Source of the DNA: Eledone cirrhosa
Lineage: Eukaryota
NCBI GenBank assembly: GCA_964016885.1
Contig: OZ024743.1
Span: forward strand, 57,536,001 to 57,600,000
Direction: 5' to 3'
Length of the DNA: 64,000 nt
The position numbers were made by a program, and so were the translations under genes. Positions 1 through 13,223 of the stretch are shown here, one piece after another; the stretch's first letter is position 1, and every line of letters begins with the position of its first letter. The notes below the pieces were generated by a model. That model did no database searches and had not been told where the DNA came from. It was given only the letters and a program-made list of their open reading frames with translations.

Positions 1-660
1 AGATCCATACAAGGACCATGACTCGAGCTACATGCCGGCGAAACATTTGTAACACGAAATAAACTAAGTCCAGATGCATCACTGATTTTTCGTTTTCTTG
101 ATAATATATATATATATATATGCACATATATAAAGTTCAAACATTCATTTAATGTGGCTACGTAGTGAGCCTTGTCACTCTGGAGTTTCACCTGCGTACT
201 CGCAGGATCATCAGGCAAGAATGAGGAAATGAAGAAATGTAGATGAGTTTACACGCACGCATCTTCATCCTCGTCAGCCCTCAAACTAGTAAAATGGCTT
301 CGCGCAATTTTTCTTTATTTCTTTCTTCCAGTAACTTCTATTCGCCAACACACTTCTCTTTGTCCTCTTCCTCTTTTAATCATCTCTATATTTCATCTGC
401 CTCTCACGCACCTCGTGGATTGTTTCTCTGTTGACTACTGGCCGCTGGTTTCTGTTCTCTGAAGCCTTTTGTCCATCGATTATTTGACGGCATTTAGCTT
501 TTAATTTTCTCATTTTTATATGTATTCAAATACACTTTCACTACGTCTCGATCAGAGCCATCATTGTTTTTTCATTTATATATATATGTATATATATTAT
601 TGCATATCTCTCCATCTCTCTCTCTATCGCTCCCCCTCTCTCTCTCTATTTACATATATT

Positions 661-763
<103 letters not shown>

Positions 764-1440
764 GTAAATATATGTAAATATATTTAAAACGAAGGGAGGA
801 AGCCAAGGTTATCAAATTAAAATCATTTTAAAAATATCTACCATCGTTTCTATATAGGTGATAATAGTACACGTATATGTAAACAACAAGTCAATCGGAA
901 ACAGTTAATTCACAATTATTTGCACAAATCAATATATAAACACCAGTGTACCACCAGGGTTATGAAAAGGAATTGAATTTAACCAGATACATATTTCAAG
1001 GACATCTCAAATGTAGGACATAGGCAAACACTTGAACAACGGAAGCGAAGGCAGGGTAGAAGTATGAAATGGTAAATATGGCGAAGAAGTGTGTTTTTAG
1101 GCTGTGGTAAAAAGCAGTAATTCTTCTTCTTCTTCTTCTTCTTCTTCTTCTTCTTCTCCCCCTCATCCAAATCCCCCCACTTATCCCTCCCCTTCCTCAC
1201 TCCTAATTCCTCCACCTACTTTTCATAATTCCCCCCTTCTTTCCTCCCCACCCCACTCATTCCCTCTCATTCCCCCTCCTCCTCCTCGTTAGAGGAATGT
1301 TCATTGGTGATATTTAAATAATATACACATAAAGAAAAATAAACAAAAGCAAAAAGCGAAAATAGTTCAGAGTCCACAATAGTAATTAGGCTTCACATTA
1401 ATCGATATGCAATACAACTTATTATTATTATTATTATTAA

Positions 1441-2049
1441 TCCCGTCGAGGTTAACTTTGCCTTTCATCCTTACGGGGTCGATAAAATAAAGTACCAGTA
1501 ATGTACTGGGTAATTGCTGGCCTTGTGCCAAAAGTAGAAACAATTATTATTATATTGGCACAGGTTAACTTTGACTTTCATCCTTACGGGGTCGATACAA
1601 TAAAGTACCAGTCACGCACTGGGGTCGATTTAATCGACTTTCCCCTCCACCAAAATTGCTGGCCTTGAGCCTTATAAGAAACCATTATTATTATAGGTCG
1701 GTGGATTGGCAGTATCGGTAGAGGGTCGGATGCCATGCTTTGATGCATAGAGTTACAGCCCTTGCCATTCTGAGTTCAAATCCCACCGAGGTTAACTTTG
1801 CCTTTCATCCTTACGGGGTCGATAAAATAAAGTACCAGTAGTACACTGAGTGATTGCTGGCCTTGTGCCAACAGTAGAAACAATTATTATTATATTGGCA
1901 CACTCGGTAGAGTGTCGGACATTCTGCCTGTCATCCTTACGAGGTCGATAAAATAAAGCACCAGTCACGCACTGGGGTCGATTTAATCAATTTGCCTCTC
2001 TCCTCAAAATTGTTGGCCTTGTGCCGAAATCATAAACCATTATTATTAT
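1441..2049 (+). mobile_element. Tandem cluster of four tRNA-derived SINE copies/fragments (fullest copy ~1696-1890), each ending in (ATT)n
   Basis: A-box-like TGGCAGTATCGGTAG and B-box GAGTTCAAATCCC (~1772-1784), followed by a body GAGGTTAACTTTGCCTTTCATCCTTACGGGGTCGATAAAATAAAGTACCAGT repeated 4 times with variants; the same sequence recurs at 10061, 53695 and 59631. Confidence 0.85.
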
Positions 2050-2172
2050 TGAGCTTTGAACATTTATCGCCTTACCAAAAGTAATAGTGGAATACTCCAT
2101 ACTAATCATTTGTACACAGACACACACATATAAATATATGTATACGGCCACACAACCCCGCCACACACACAT

Positions 2173-2285
<113 letters not shown>

Positions 2286-2599
2286 CACACACATACATAC
2301 ATAGACATATATACACATACATACATAGACATATATACACATACATATATACATATATTATTTTTTTTTAGTGGGAAAAGGCGAGGAGAATTTAATTGGA
2401 TGTTTAGTAAGAGCTGTCTGAAAAGAAGATTTTTTTTTCTGTGTCTTTCCCAACTGCAGTGAAACTACGATCAGTTAATCGCATCAAGTGCCACTTGGAA
2501 AGCCTCTTATTGGCTTTAATATTTGGTATTATTTTACCTCAACTCACTGATATTGTGATGTTAAGGAGATCAGCTGCGATGTGTGTCTACAAGAAATCA

Positions 2600-2724
<125 letters not shown>

Positions 2725-2725
2725 A

Positions 2726-2828
<103 letters not shown>

Positions 2829-2889
2829 GTTATAAACTTTTATTCTTTTACTGGTTTCAGTTATTAGACTACAGCCATAACAATATGTA

Positions 2890-3012
2890 ATAACGACGCT
2901 GCTACAACTCGATGAAGAATTTAGCGTCTATGGTGATTCAAGTAGAAAATGTCTTGCATACGATATTCTATGGTTTAACCATTTCAAAAGATGGAATTTG
3001 GAGTTAGAAACT
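2890..3012 (+). pseudogene. Possible fossil Tc1/mariner transposase N-terminal HTH fragment
   Basis: Translates, with a stop and a frameshift, as NDAATTR...SVYGDSSRKCLAYDILWFNHFKRWNLELE, resembling the mariner HTH pattern N-AA-T-R...VYGD...WF-RF-xG-F-LED. Resemblance judged by eye only. Confidence 0.35.
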
Positions 3013-3599
3013 ATTCTTCTCATCTTGCAAAATACAGACTGGACAAACATTTACAAATTCCTCTATTTACAAGATTTGGAATTTTGGTAGTTCTATGGTA
3101 GTTTTGTTTACATGTGAATGTGTTCACTTTCTATAGTTAAAGATCAATCAAAGAAACCAACACGTTTTCAAGAACTCTGGCTTTGACTATTATGTTCTTC
3201 ATAATAGACTAATATAAGGCGGTGCCTTGCAGAATGAAAAGCGTTTCGAACAACACCAATTTCAGAGTTTAGAGACATGGTTTTGGTTCTGAGTTCATAT
3301 CACCTCAAGAAGGAATCTAACAGTTATTGTTCTAATCTCGAGAAAATATATACCAAATACTGATTTCGATAAAATAGTTACCAGTTAGATATCGGTATCG
3401 ATTAAATCACTTAGTTTAATACATCCCAAATGTGCCAATTTGTACCTAGATAACATTATTAACTTTAGTTAATAATTACATAAATATATATTTATAGTGA
3501 TGTTTCGGGTTCCGTTGAGTTGCTCGGCCCTTTAGGAAAGTGTCTTCTACTATAGCGTGGGGTTGACGAATGAAATGAAATTTGGTAGATGAAGCCTGC

Positions 3600-3717
<118 letters not shown>

Positions 3718-3897
3718 CACACATATATAATGATAATACCCTCTGCTTAGTCCAACCCCAAAATACATACTGGAGACCAAGCATCCAGTGCTCACTTTGG
3801 TGAACCTACCGTAACTTGACCTTACAATCCTTAAACTATATATACATATATATAGTTGTTTGAATTAGATATACAACTCCTTTTTGCCAACTAAGAA

Positions 3898-4008
3898 AAC
3901 TGGAACAACGTGAAAAGTGCCTTGCTCAAGGAAACAATGTGTCACAGGCAATCAATATCACAACCTTACGATCGTAAGCCGAACGCGCTAACCACTAAGC
4001 CACACGCC
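3898..4008 (-). mobile_element. tRNA-derived SINE head with CORE-like segment
   Basis: Reverse complement reads GGCGTGTGGCTTAGTGGTTAG (A box)...TTGTTTCCTTGAGCAAGGCACTTTTCACGTTG, homologous to the copy at 21609. Confidence 0.7.
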
Positions 4009-4024
4009 TTTATAATCTCTATTA

Positions 4025-4129
4025 GTGCTGCAGCTGCCACCCATACTGCCCCCACCACCATCATTACTACTACTGCTGCTGCTGCTGTTGCTACTACTAC
4101 TGCTGCTCCTGCTGCTGCTGCTGCTGTTG

Positions 4130-4228
<99 letters not shown>
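4025..4228 (+). repeat. (GCT)n/(ACT)n trinucleotide microsatellite
   Basis: Direct reading of the sequence. Confidence 0.95.
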
Positions 4229-4507
4229 AGAAATGTCTTTGTATTGAGCTGCCTTACAGACACATCTATGAACTGAAGCTCACTTGTTCCTCTCAACTTA
4301 GTAGAAACCAAGTAATGTTTTCTGTTGCTGCTGCTGTTGTTGTCACTCTTGTTGTTGCTGCTGCTGTCGTTGTCACTCTTGTTGTTGCTGCTGTTGTCGC
4401 TGTCATTGCTGCTGCAGCTGCTTGTAGTATCGTTGTTGCAATGTCATGGCGATAAAACTACAGAGAAGAAATATTAAGATTCATGCTCTGCTCACACACA
4501 CATGGAT

Positions 4508-5011
<504 letters not shown>

Positions 5012-5065
5012 GTAGGTCCCGGGTTGAGTCGGGGATAACCACAGTAAGTAAGGTACTCAATACAT

Positions 5066-5118
5066 GAGCTTCCTGAAGATTTCATCTGAATGAAACAGTA
5101 CTAGTCCTGTAGAAGCTC
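5066..5118 (+). ncRNA. Type I hammerhead ribozyme motif in a ~120-bp island between TA tracts
   Basis: Stem I GAGCTTC/GAAGCTC; core CTGAAGA; short stem II TTCA/TGAA; GAAA; stem III CAG/CTG with a near-palindromic ACAGTACTAGTCCTGT; cleavage triplet GTA; AATAAA downstream. Confidence 0.7.
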
Positions 5119-5129
5119 CTTCTATAAAA

Positions 5130-5161
<32 letters not shown>

Positions 5162-5504
5162 CGATATTAATAAATGGAAACTATATTTATAAAACCATAT
5201 TTATTTCATTATACATATTTCAAGGACACCAAGTTAAATTATGGTGTGCTTTCATCAGATAAAATATAATATAGAACAGTTTTATAAATAAATATTGACA
5301 TACCCTTAAAGAATGCAACGATTACTGTTGGAAGCTCCCGTATTTTTACTCCAAATATATGTTGAGTGCTTTATAAAAATATTTGCTTGTTGTATCCCAA
5401 CAATTTAAATAGAACTTTACATATATATATATATGTATATATATATAGTTAAATCTTAGACAGGAACAAAAACAGAGAGGCATTACAAATATTGGTTTAT
5501 TAGG

Positions 5505-5543
<39 letters not shown>

Positions 5544-5545
<2 letters not shown>

Positions 5546-5748
5546 CGAAGGAAATGTGGTAAGGAACCAGGTGGACCATAACGCACCAAAGTACTCAATA
5601 CTTAGGGTAGTAGAGTGGGTAATAGGAACGAGTAGGACCCCGACGGCTGAGCTCAAGCCGTTTCGACGGCTAATTCTGGACTAAAACGTTTTAGTCCAGA
5701 ATTAGCCGTCGAAACGGCTTGAGCTCAGCCGTCGGGGTCCTACTCGTT

Positions 5749-5753
<5 letters not shown>
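5544..5753. mobile_element. Fold-back insertion: perfect 132-bp palindrome (5622-5753) plus a 78-bp one-sided tail
   Basis: Arms are exact reverse complements about AAAAC|GTTTT (5687/5688); flanked by (TA)n; family copies at 17170-17366 and 51660-51787. Confidence 0.85.
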
Positions 5754-5839
<86 letters not shown>

Positions 5840-6175
5840 TTATAAGTGAAAGATATAGAAATTGTTGTAGCGAGAAGCTAACAGTATTCCATAACATATA
5901 TATTTATTTATATATGTGTGGGTGTATATATATATATTTATAATATATATATTTACATATATAAATAAATACATATATATATATATATATATCTATATAT
6001 ATTTATGATACATACATATATACATATATAATATATATATATAAATATATACATATATACATACACACATACATATATATATAAATATATATTCACATAT
6101 AAATATATATACACACATATATATACTTTTGAGTATAGACATATATATATACTTATACCTATCTATCTATCTATA

Positions 6176-6218
<43 letters not shown>

Positions 6219-6221
<3 letters not shown>

Positions 6222-6766
6222 TTTTGGGTTTATGTTGGTTGTATACCAACACCTCAGTATGCAGGCTGGAGCATCGACGAAGTGCGCAGGTTGGTTTGGT
6301 TACTCCAGAGTGGTGTAAAATAAAGTTAAATAAATGTCAAATGATTAAAATTTAGCTTCGTTTATTACTGCTGTATATATTTCAGCGACAGCCATCTTTG
6401 GCTGTGACCTCTTCAGGCAGTTTGAATTAGTATGGTATAGACAAGTACATATGTTGTTTAGGTGTATAATATTGTCAATACTCTGATATGCCCAGTTCCT
6501 TGTTGGGTTGTTATTTCACTGAGGAACTGGAGTCATATCCTCCATATGACTCCAGTTCCTCAGTGAAATAACAACCCAACAAGGAACTGGGCATATCAGA
6601 GTATTGACAATATTATACACCTAAACAACATATGTACTTGTCTATATAATACTAATTCAAACTGCCTGAAGAGGTCACAGCCAAAGATGGCTGTCGCTGA
6701 AATATATATAGCAGTAATAAACGAAGCTAAATTTTAATCATTTGACTTTTATTTAACTTTATTTTA
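6219..6766. mobile_element. Fold-back PLE-type pLTR insertion: 223-bp inverted arms (6316-6538 / 6544-6766) plus a ~97-bp tail
   Basis: Near-perfect inverted repeat with a 5-nt spacer CCTCC; each arm contains a hammerhead motif followed by AATAAA; flanked by (TA)n. Confidence 0.85.
6661..6715 (+). ncRNA. Minimal type I hammerhead ribozyme motif (mirror copy on - strand at 6367-6421)
   Basis: ACTGC-CTGAAGA-ggtc-ACAGCC-aaagat-GGCTGT-cgct-GAAA-TATATA-TA-GCAGT: stem I ACTGC/GCAGT and a palindromic stem III. Confidence 0.7.
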
Positions 6767-7040
6767 TATATATATATATATATATATATTAGTTTTGCGA
6801 GGTTTTTGATATGAAATCGTGTGTCGAAACAAATATTGTTATACTTGGGGAGGGTCATATTTGTGTAACATTGTCAGAATTAATAACAGAACACACTCAC
6901 TGTTTGGTTGGTTTTCGCTTCTCGCTTCTGTGTCTTTTATATCGGTAATCTAATATACTCGGTCCTCAATGCTGCCATTGACTGACCGGCCGTCAAAAAT
7001 AATACAGATACAATATAGACACAAACACATATATATAGTT

Positions 7041-7084
7041 TATCATAAATCTTTCGTTGCACTTCTGCAGCATCGTCAGTGGTG
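7041..7084 (-). ncRNA. Degenerate pLTR hammerhead motif
   Basis: Reverse complement CACCA-CTGACGA-T-GCTGCA-gaag-TGCAAC-GAAA-GATTTA-TGATA; positionally homologous to the intact motif at 17603-17647. Confidence 0.55.
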
Positions 7085-7334
7085 CTATATTTTCCTCCTG
7101 TTGTATTGTATGTCTACGCCATTTTTATTCAGTCTGTCTATATATTTATTTATTTATTTGCTTGTTTGTTTATTTTATTTTGTCTTCTTTGCGCATGCGT
7201 TTGCGTGTGTGTATAGTGTTTTGTTTGCTCTGTGATGGGTGACTAGTGTGTGTTTATGTGCTTGTTGTTATTGTGCTTGTGTATGTATTTATTTATTTAT
7301 TTATTTATTTATTTATTTTATTTTATTTACTTAT

Positions 7335-8414
7335 TTATACTTCTCTTAGGTCAGTGTTGTTTGTTTGGGTGTTGTTGTTATTCCATTCATTCTTTCTGTT
7401 TAGCCTTGGTCTTCTAATTTCTATTTCACTGGCCTCTCTGATTTGCCTATCTGCTGGGTCATTTCTATGTTTAGATATTATTCTAATTTCTATGTTGTCT
7501 ATGTTACCGTCATGTTGTTGTCTAGCATGTTCGTATAGTACTGACCCGTTTTTTCGTCCTTTTAGTTCCCCCCAGTGTTGGTCTATCCTTTCACCTATGC
7601 TACGAGCTGTCTCACCTATGTATGTTGTTGTTATGTTTCTGCAAGTACCCTCTGTACATCTTATGCTATAGACTACGTTTCTAGTTTTACAGTTTTTCCG
7701 GGGGTTCACCTTACATATGATACATTTCCTATTGGTACAGTGGGTTTTCTTAAAAGGGTAGGTTTTGCTGATCAGGGATTTTATGGTAGTTCCTGGCTTT
7801 TCTACCACCTTTATTTTTAAGTGGGTCTTTCTCAGGGCCTTTCTACACTGGTTAGCTAATTTCCCTCCAGGGGTAGCGTCCACAAACATGACACTCTGGT
7901 ATCTCTGGTTGTCGTACCGTGAGGTGGCTTTCCCTATCTTATGTCTAGCTCTATCTAAGCTATTCCATGATTTGCTCCTGTATAATGGGCAAATTCCTTT
8001 CATGTCCAGTTCTATGAGGGTCTTATACTTCTCCGTGGCTCCTTCGTATACTCTGATTCTGTCTCTTTGGTTGTAGCCAGAGAACTGCATGCGGTTGATG
8101 AAGTGTTGGATGTGTCTTTCCATTTCTGTTGGGTCGCACATGCGGGACACATTCTTCATCACTCGTACCAAATCCGCGATCAAAATATTAAACTTAGCAC
8201 TACTGGACATTGCTGAGTTTTTGAGTATCAGGTATTTGGAGGCCATAGGTTTAGCATAGTGTGAGTGGAGAATTTGGGCTCTCTCGTCTATAGTGTTAAT
8301 CCAGAGTTCTGTGTCTAATACAGGTAGTCTATTGTTAGGGTGTTTGGAAGGGAAGTCGATAGTTACAGTTATACTCTGGTGTATGGAATTAGCTATCTGC
8401 TGGATGCTTTCCAT
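7335..8414 (-). pseudogene. PLE polyprotein C-terminal part (RT thumb, Cys-rich linker, GIY-YIG endonuclease)
   Basis: RLPVLD, HYAKPM, CxxxxCxxC, NVVYSIRC...TYIGETARSIGERIDQH, RQIREA, LNRKNEW; clearly paralogous to the C-terminus of ORF 17848-20979. Confidence 0.88.
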
Positions 8415-8663
8415 CGTGCTACGTTCTAAATCAAACTTGTTAGTGCTCTCTAGTGGGGGTGTTCTTATAACTATATTGATATCGTCTACATAACGAGATT
8501 ACATGATGAGGTCTATGGAGCTCTCATTAAGGAGATCTTTAAGTCTCCTTTCCCACCATACCATGAAAAGGTTGGCAACATCACCAGCTATGCTGACGCC
8601 GATGGCTGCTCCCTCATTAATTCTGGCAATATTACACAAATATGACCCTCCCAAAGTATAACA

Positions 8664-8695
<32 letters not shown>

Positions 8696-9180
8696 GTATG
8701 TATATATGTATACATATATATATATGTATACATACATACATATATACATACACCTACACACACACACACTCCCACAGACCCATATATATGTATATATGAT
8801 TAAATCATAGCTAGACACGAAACATCACACCACCTATCTTCCCTCCTTGACTCGCACACACACACATACGCAGACACATATAAACACATACGTCCGCATT
8901 CTCACACACACACACAAATGCTCAGGTGTATGCATAGCTTCAATTTAAATAACAATAGTTTGCATAGTAGATTATATACTAGAATATCTGTCTCACCTTA
9001 ATAACATTTATACATAAACATATATACATGACACAATATATTTAATAAGTAACCTATCAATAAAACAAACAAGCAAAAACAATGCAAACAAAGACAAAAC
9101 AAATACAATACAAGCAGACGTGAACACAATAATATTTTTCAGATATTTACATTTTAAGAATTACAAGAAGGGAGGTGGGT

Positions 9181-9756
9181 GTATAAGCTAAACTCACTAT
9201 GTTTAATTTGGTTTTCTTGCCAACCCTTACCTATAGTAACGAACTTTGGGTAGTAACCGAAAGAATACGATCGTTAATAGAAGTGGCGGAAATGGGGTTC
9301 CTCCGAAGGGTCCTTGGAGTAACGTTACTCGATAGAATGTGTAGCTCAGAGATCAGAGAGTCACTCCAGGTAGAGCCGCCACTTCTCCGAATTGAGAGAT
9401 CTCAGTTCTGATACTACGGGCATGTGGTTAGAATGTCTCAGGAAAGAATCGCTGGACAGATTTTACGAGCAAAGCCGACGGACAGCAGACCCAGGTGTAG
9501 ACCTCGAGCAAGATGGTTTGATAGCGTACATGAGCTTGGCTGGTCTCGAGCATGATACCAATCGGGTCCTTCTGACAGGACCCGCTGGAAGGAGTGCTTG
9601 AGGACTCTGACCCCACGACCCTCTCTAGAAGAAGAAGAAGACGACGAAGAAGAAGAAGAAGAAGAAGAAGAAGAAGAAGAAGAAGAAGAAGAAGAAGAAG
9701 AAGAAGAAGAAGAAGAAGAAGAAGAAGAAGAAGAAGAAGAAGAAGAAGAAGAAGAA
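9181..9756 (+). mobile_element. RTE-clade LINE 3' fragment with (GAA)n tail
   Basis: Translation PTLTYSNELW...AEMGFLRRVLGVTLLDR...EIRESLQVEP...IERSQF*YYGHVVRM...RPRCRPRARW is typical of the RTE C-terminus; (GAA)n at 9628-9756. Confidence 0.85.
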
Positions 9757-10060
9757 TTAGCCTAAATTTTAAACAATAGAAATATTGAATTTTGAAAATT
9801 GTAGATAAGTATAATAATAGTTGATAACTATACATAATAATTGAATAAATCGAGCAAAATACACCTGGAGACGGGAAGAATGGAAAGTTAAACCTGCAGG
9901 GAATTTGAACCTTGCATTTTTCATGACTGGCCTGCACATTTAGAAAGTAATTACCACCTTTTTTTTGAAGATTTAAGTGTGAAGCTAGAATTATAAGCAT
10001 TGGTGTAAACTTTAGAAAATTTGAAATTGAAAATATAGTCACCAGAGAGCAGAGAACTAT

Positions 10061-10250
10061 AATAATTGTTTCTACTTTTGGCACAAGGCCAGCAATTATC
10101 CCAGTGCATTACTGGTACTTTATTTTATCGACCCCGTAAGGATGAAAGGCAAAGTTAACCTCGGCAAGATTTGAACTCAGATCAGAAATGGGCGTAACTC
10201 TCTGCTGCAAAGAATGTTGTCCGACCCACTACCGATACTGCCAAACCACC
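10061..10250 (-). mobile_element. tRNA-derived SINE (same family as 1696-1890)
   Basis: Reverse complement matches the A box, the GAGTTCAAATC B box and the conserved body. Confidence 0.85.
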
Positions 10251-12149
10251 AATAATTGATAACTATAAATTTCGTTTGAATCAAATAAAAATATTATTTA
10301 TTTAATCAACTGTTCAGATTCTTTGAGGACGCAAATTCCTTCAGTCGCTATGTGTGTCATCTTTTACTATAGTTTCTGATTAACCCAAGTCTTGTGAATG
10401 AAATTAGGTAGATGGATACTCTTTAAGGGACCATCCTCGTTCCACTTTGTGATGCTCTGATTTGGCTTGTGAATTACGTTAGGCTTATGCATATCTGTGG
10501 AATACTGCGAAACTGTTTCGAAATCTTCAGCTTCTCTACTCAGATTATAAAATTGTTTATGTTTATAATTATTGGTCATCTTGCCTAAGTGACGAACAGA
10601 AAAAAAACAGAATAAAACTCCAAACTAGGGTTTTCAGGCAAAGAAATTGTCCAACGAGCACGAATTGTACAGATGAAATTTATAAGCGGAACAATAAAGA
10701 TATGTAAAAATTTCTAAAGTTCAACACGAGATACAGTTTTTCTAATCAAAATTGCAGCGTTGGGACTGTGTTTATTTGTTAGAAACCAGCTCCCTCCTTA
10801 TAGTAAAAATGCAAGTAATTAAGAAAAAAACAAACATACATATATGCTTGCATGTCCGTTTACACGTTTACATACCTATCAATATCTGCAATAATCAATT
10901 TATATTATAAATGTTTGACAACAATATTAAGTACAATGATCTATATAAAAATGCTAAAGGTACAATTTAATTCATTATTAAAAATAAAAAATAAAAAAAT
11001 AAGAGTATTTATTAAAAAAAAAAAATATCAAATATTTATAAAATAAAAAAATATATATGAATATTATTCCACAATTGAAGATTTGATGCAAGAGACAGAG
11101 ATAGGAAATAGTTTAAATTCTTGCAATTGAAGTTTCTCTTTGACAGCAGTAATTTTCTATGATTCATCAAAGCTTTTCAAAGATTAAAATAGCCATCGTA
11201 ATATACATTAGCCAGGAAAATCAAAGTATTATTTGGACAGATTCACAAACATCCACCACACAAGCTGAATAGCGCCAAGAAGAAAGTAATGATTATAGTA
11301 AGAAGGAAGAAAGACAGAAAGAAAGAAATTCATATGTTGGATGTTGGTTTTTAACTGTTTGTTTAGAAATGTCTCTAATTCAATTAATAAATGCGGAAAA
11401 GATGCAGTATAAAACATTTCTATTAATTTGATAATTTCTTCCAATTATTTATAAAATATTTTCTCAATTTCCGATTGCAAATTCAGACGGACTTTGTGGA
11501 AAGAAAGGAATGGTCTACAAACATGATATAATGAGTAATAATAACTTTAGTGTAATTCATTCCAACAAACGTCCTGGAAACAAGTTCGACATACTGGGCT
11601 TTCATTAAATCCTTTCTGGAATGTTCGGAGAAAAAGTAGTACGGCCTGACTCAAAAGAAATGATAGGATTAGTTGCGTCTTAGCTGAATAGAAATAGCTC
11701 AAGATCATCTATGTCGCTTCCAGATGGCATTCCAAGAACTAATTGTCTATGATGCCGCGGTGAATGCTTTCATTTACTCTCTATAGAAATACAGGATGTG
11801 GAACCTGTCCATATTTTTTTAAAATAGACAAACTGGGTACAGAACATTACAGAGTGATGTCATTCATTCTCCGTTAATATTTCAGCTGCTTAATCTTAGC
11901 TAATTGAATTATGCTTTCAGTGAAATGAAGCTTTTTAACTAGATGTTTGTGCCAACAGATGACGCCAGTAGTCTTTCAATAACGTCAAAAAGAGATGCTA
12001 TATTTTAGAGAAATTTAACTATACGCTAATTTGGGGATGTATCTACAGCAGGTCACTCAACCGATGCTTAAATCATTCATTTATTCCCCGATAGTTCAGA
12101 TATGTCTGTCTGCCTGCATGCCAGCCCCCTGTCGGTGTACCTCTAGTTA

Positions 12150-12543
12150 TATATGTATATGCGTATGTATGTATGTATGTATGTATGTATGTATGTATGT
12201 ATGTATGTATGTATGTATGTATGTATGTATGCATGCATGCATGTGTGTATGTATGCATGTATGCATGTATGTATGCATGCATTCGTGTATATGCATATAT
12301 ATCTATTTATGCATGCGTGTATACATTATGCGTGTATATATGTAGGTATAAATGAATGTATCCATGTATGTATATATGTATGTATATATGTATGTATGTA
12401 TCTATGTATGTATATACGTACGTATGTATGTATGTATGTATGTATGTATGTATGTATGTATGTATGTATGTATGTATGTATGTATGTATGTATGTATGCA
12501 TGAATGTATGTATGTATGTATGTATGTATGTATGTATGTATGT
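12150..12543 (+). repeat. (TATG)n microsatellite
   Basis: Direct reading. Confidence 0.95.
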
Positions 12544-13150
12544 GTCACCAGTTGGTGCTACTGGTAACATGTATCCCAGTACAACCTGTCTCATGGTCGG
12601 GTCGTTGGCGACTAAACTGGCAACCCCACCAAGGTTTCTTGGTGAGGAGGGTGACTTTGGACATCCTGCAGGACTAAAAACAAAACCTGTCAAAGGGCAA
12701 AAGAGCTCTTAAGAGTCAATGGCCATCCAAAATCACCGGGAGAGATGACCCCTTAGCCTTTGTCAAGGCAGAATTCTAGGAGATGGAAAACTCTGATATA
12801 ACACCTGCAACCCTGATGGTATCCAATGATGTTGACTTGTTCTTCTTTTTGGTAAATATCATCTTGGTTAAGAGAGTGGGACTGGCTTTGTGCAGTGCCT
12901 TTGCTCACTATAAAAGCTTCACGGCACAGGCATTGCTTTATATTTGGAGATCTCTCTGCACTTGTCGTCACATGGTACCATGGGCCCAGCACTATGTGTC
13001 AATAATTGTCACAAGTGTAGTGTTTGTACCAGAGTTTTCAAGTCGCTGGCTGGACTAAAAAGTCACACTTGTTCAGCGCATGGATAGGGGTTCTCCTACA
13101 TGGATATAAAGTTGTGGCCGTACTCGAAAACGAGTTGGCAGCCACCACCA
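12544..13150 (+). mobile_element. ~600-bp non-coding interspersed element embedded in (TATG)n; probable non-autonomous retroposon
   Basis: Highly similar inverted copies at 28406-29008 and 29030-29609; no terminal inverted repeats and no long ORF; the 3' end runs into (TATG)n. Confidence 0.8.
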
Positions 13151-13223
13151 TGTATGTATCTATGTATGTATGTATGTATCTATGTATGTATATACGTATG
13201 TATGTATGTATGTGTCTATCTAT

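Larger units (their letters stand above)
6791..8666 (-). mobile_element. 5'-truncated Penelope-like retroelement with a short inverted pLTR copy at its 5' end
   Basis: RT remnant (AAIGVSIAGDVANLFMVWWE...YVDDINI, broken by a stop near 8490) and GIY-YIG ORF 7335-8414; 8617-8666 is the reverse complement of 6834-6883. Confidence 0.9.

Noticed and set aside
1-65. GAAACATTTGTA...AATAAA, possible 3' half of a hammerhead
   Set aside because: The CTGA core and 5' stem I would lie outside the window, so it cannot be verified.
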